Assembly: GCA_002402455.1 (NCBI GenBank)
Contig: DHFX01000015.1
Span: 1-43,322, forward strand
From: Candidatus Dojkabacteria bacterium UBA4813
GTDB lineage: Bacteria; Patescibacteriota; Dojkabacteria; SC72
Direction: 5' to 3'
Length of the DNA: 43,322 nt
A model generated the notes under the pieces. That model had not been told where the DNA came from and did not search any database. It saw only the letters and a list, made by a program, of their open reading frames with translations. The translations under genes and the position numbers were made by a program. This document shows, one piece after another, positions 42,353 to 43,322 of this stretch; within the stretch, counting starts at the first letter, position 1, and every line of letters starts with the position of its first letter.

Positions 42353-43322
42353 ATGTCAATTAAACAATCACACTCATTTTCTCTGGGTATAGTAGGATTA
42401 CCAAATGTTGGGAAGTCAACAATATTTAATGCCCTAACTAAGATGTCTGTTCCTGCGGAGAATTTTCCCTTCTGCACAATAGATAAGAATATTGGGGTCG
42501 TACAAGTGCCGGATGTTAGGTTAGAGAAATTAGCAAAACATTTTAATGCACAAAAGGTAGTCCCTTCTATGATGAAATTTGTAGACATTGCAGGTCTGGT
42601 TAAGGGTGCTTCAAAAGGGGAAGGGTTAGGAAACCAATTTCTTTCACACATTAGGGAGGTAGATGTAATAATGTATGTTTTAAGAGGTTTTGAAAGTGAA
42701 AAGGTGGTACATGTTTATGACAGAATAGATCCCTTGGCAGATTATGAAATTGTTCAATCAGAATTAATTCTGAAAGATATAGAAAGTGTTGAAAAGAGAA
42801 TGGCAAGTTGTGAAAAGATGAAGAGAATAGGGGATGAGAGAGCCGGTATTGAAGTGGAATTGTTAAATAAGGTCTTAGGGGAACTAGATAAAGGGATTCC
42901 TGTGATAGATATGAAGTTAAACCTTGATGAAAAAGAAATTTTGTCAGAGTTATCTCTACTTACTAATAAAAAGAGGTTGTTTATATTAAACACCAGAGCA
43001 GATATAGATAGTGGTAAGGTAAAAAATTGGGAAGAAAAATTGGAGGAAGAAACAGGGGATAAAGTTCTTGTCGTGGACATTAAACTTCTTTCAGAAATAG
43101 CAGATATGCGGGAAGAGGAAGTTAAGGAATATATGGAGATGTTTGATGAAAAGCCAAATGGGGTAGAGGAGATAATAAGAGGTGCTTTTGAGGTTTTAGA
43201 CCTTATTACTTTCTATACCGGTTCTGAAAAAGAGTGTAATGCTTGGAGTATAGTAAAGGGTAGTACTGTAAAAGAAGCTGCAGGGGTTATACATACGGAC
43301 TTAGAAAAAGGCTTTATAACAG
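42353..43322 (+). CDS. ychF: Ribosome-binding ATPase YchF (Obg-like GTPase family), 3'-truncated by the window end
   Basis: The frame is open from the ATG at 42353 to the window end. It reads GIVGLPNVGKSTIFNALT (P-loop), DIAGLVKGAS.GEGLGNQFL and ..FYTGSEKECNAWSIVKGS.VKEAAGVIHTDLEKGFI. It is missing from the ORF track because no stop codon lies within the window. Confidence 0.9.
   Translation, partial: MSIKQSHSFSLGIVGLPNVGKSTIFNALTKMSVPAENFPFCTIDKNIGVVQVPDVRLEKLAKHFNAQKVVPSMMKFVDIAGLVKGASKGEGLGNQFLSHIREVDVIMYVLRGFESEKVVHVYDRIDPLADYEIVQSELILKDIESVEKRMASCEKMKRIGDERAGIEVELLNKVLGELDKGIPVIDMKLNLDEKEILSELSLLTNKKRLFILNTRADIDSGKVKNWEEKLEEETGDKVLVVDIKLLSEIADMREEEVKEYMEMFDEKPNGVEEIIRGAFEVLDLITFYTGSEKECNAWSIVKGSTVKEAAGVIHTDLEKGFIT

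Noticed and set aside
42325-43080. Two 108-aa minus-strand ORFs (42325-42651 and 42754-43080).
   Set aside because: They are antisense to the clearly recognisable ychF reading frame.
1-43322. CRISPR arrays, transposases or IS elements, integrases, prophage genes, toxin-antitoxin pairs, and restriction or other defence systems.
   Set aside because: I looked for short, regularly spaced direct repeats and for hallmark motifs (DDE/HUH, tyrosine recombinase, RT, PD-(D/E)xK plus methylase pairs). I found none. The only sizeable DNA repeat is the intragenic 333-bp tandem.

Overview
This is a 43.3-kb AT-rich, very gene-dense bacterial segment. It holds about 40 protein genes, one complete tRNA-Ser(UGA) and one partial tRNA. 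I saw no rRNA, CRISPR array, transposase, integrase or phage genes. The backbone is housekeeping: small M50 protease, rpmB, mreB-mreC-mreD-PBP2, dprA, topA, a multiply frameshifted radC, rpsB-tsf-frr-rseP, rpsU-yqeY-ybeY-pth, mfd, dnaX-ybaB-recR, cysS, rnhC, cca, a beta-CASP RNase and ychF (partial, absent from the ORF track). Three things suggest a small-genome Patescibacteria/CPR-like organism, as an inference only: compact or oddly fused housekeeping proteins, rpsB-tsf-frr without pyrH, and an archaeal-type AMP-salvage pair (ribose-1,5-bisphosphate isomerase plus AMP phosphorylase). Accessory content is almost entirely cell envelope. The most interesting locus is a four-gene minus-strand cluster at 27.4-31.9 kb. 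It encodes two secreted proteins sharing a Trp-less WxL-like C-terminal domain and two paralogous C-terminally anchored two-domain proteins. This resembles Firmicutes Csc/WxL surface-complex loci but has no close recognisable match by eye. It sits back-to-back, across tRNA-Ser, with a processive GT2 synthase and an acidic secreted protein. Other items worth a second look are a 747-aa LPGTG adhesin with mosaic 333-bp tandem repeats and an unusually long basic tail, a rod-shaped 6S-like ncRNA candidate at 91-244, five same-direction frameshifts in radC, S2 fused to an RpoA-alphaCTD-like helix-hairpin-helix domain, and EF-Ts with a duplicated N-terminal domain. All homology statements come from reading motifs by eye; no searches were run.
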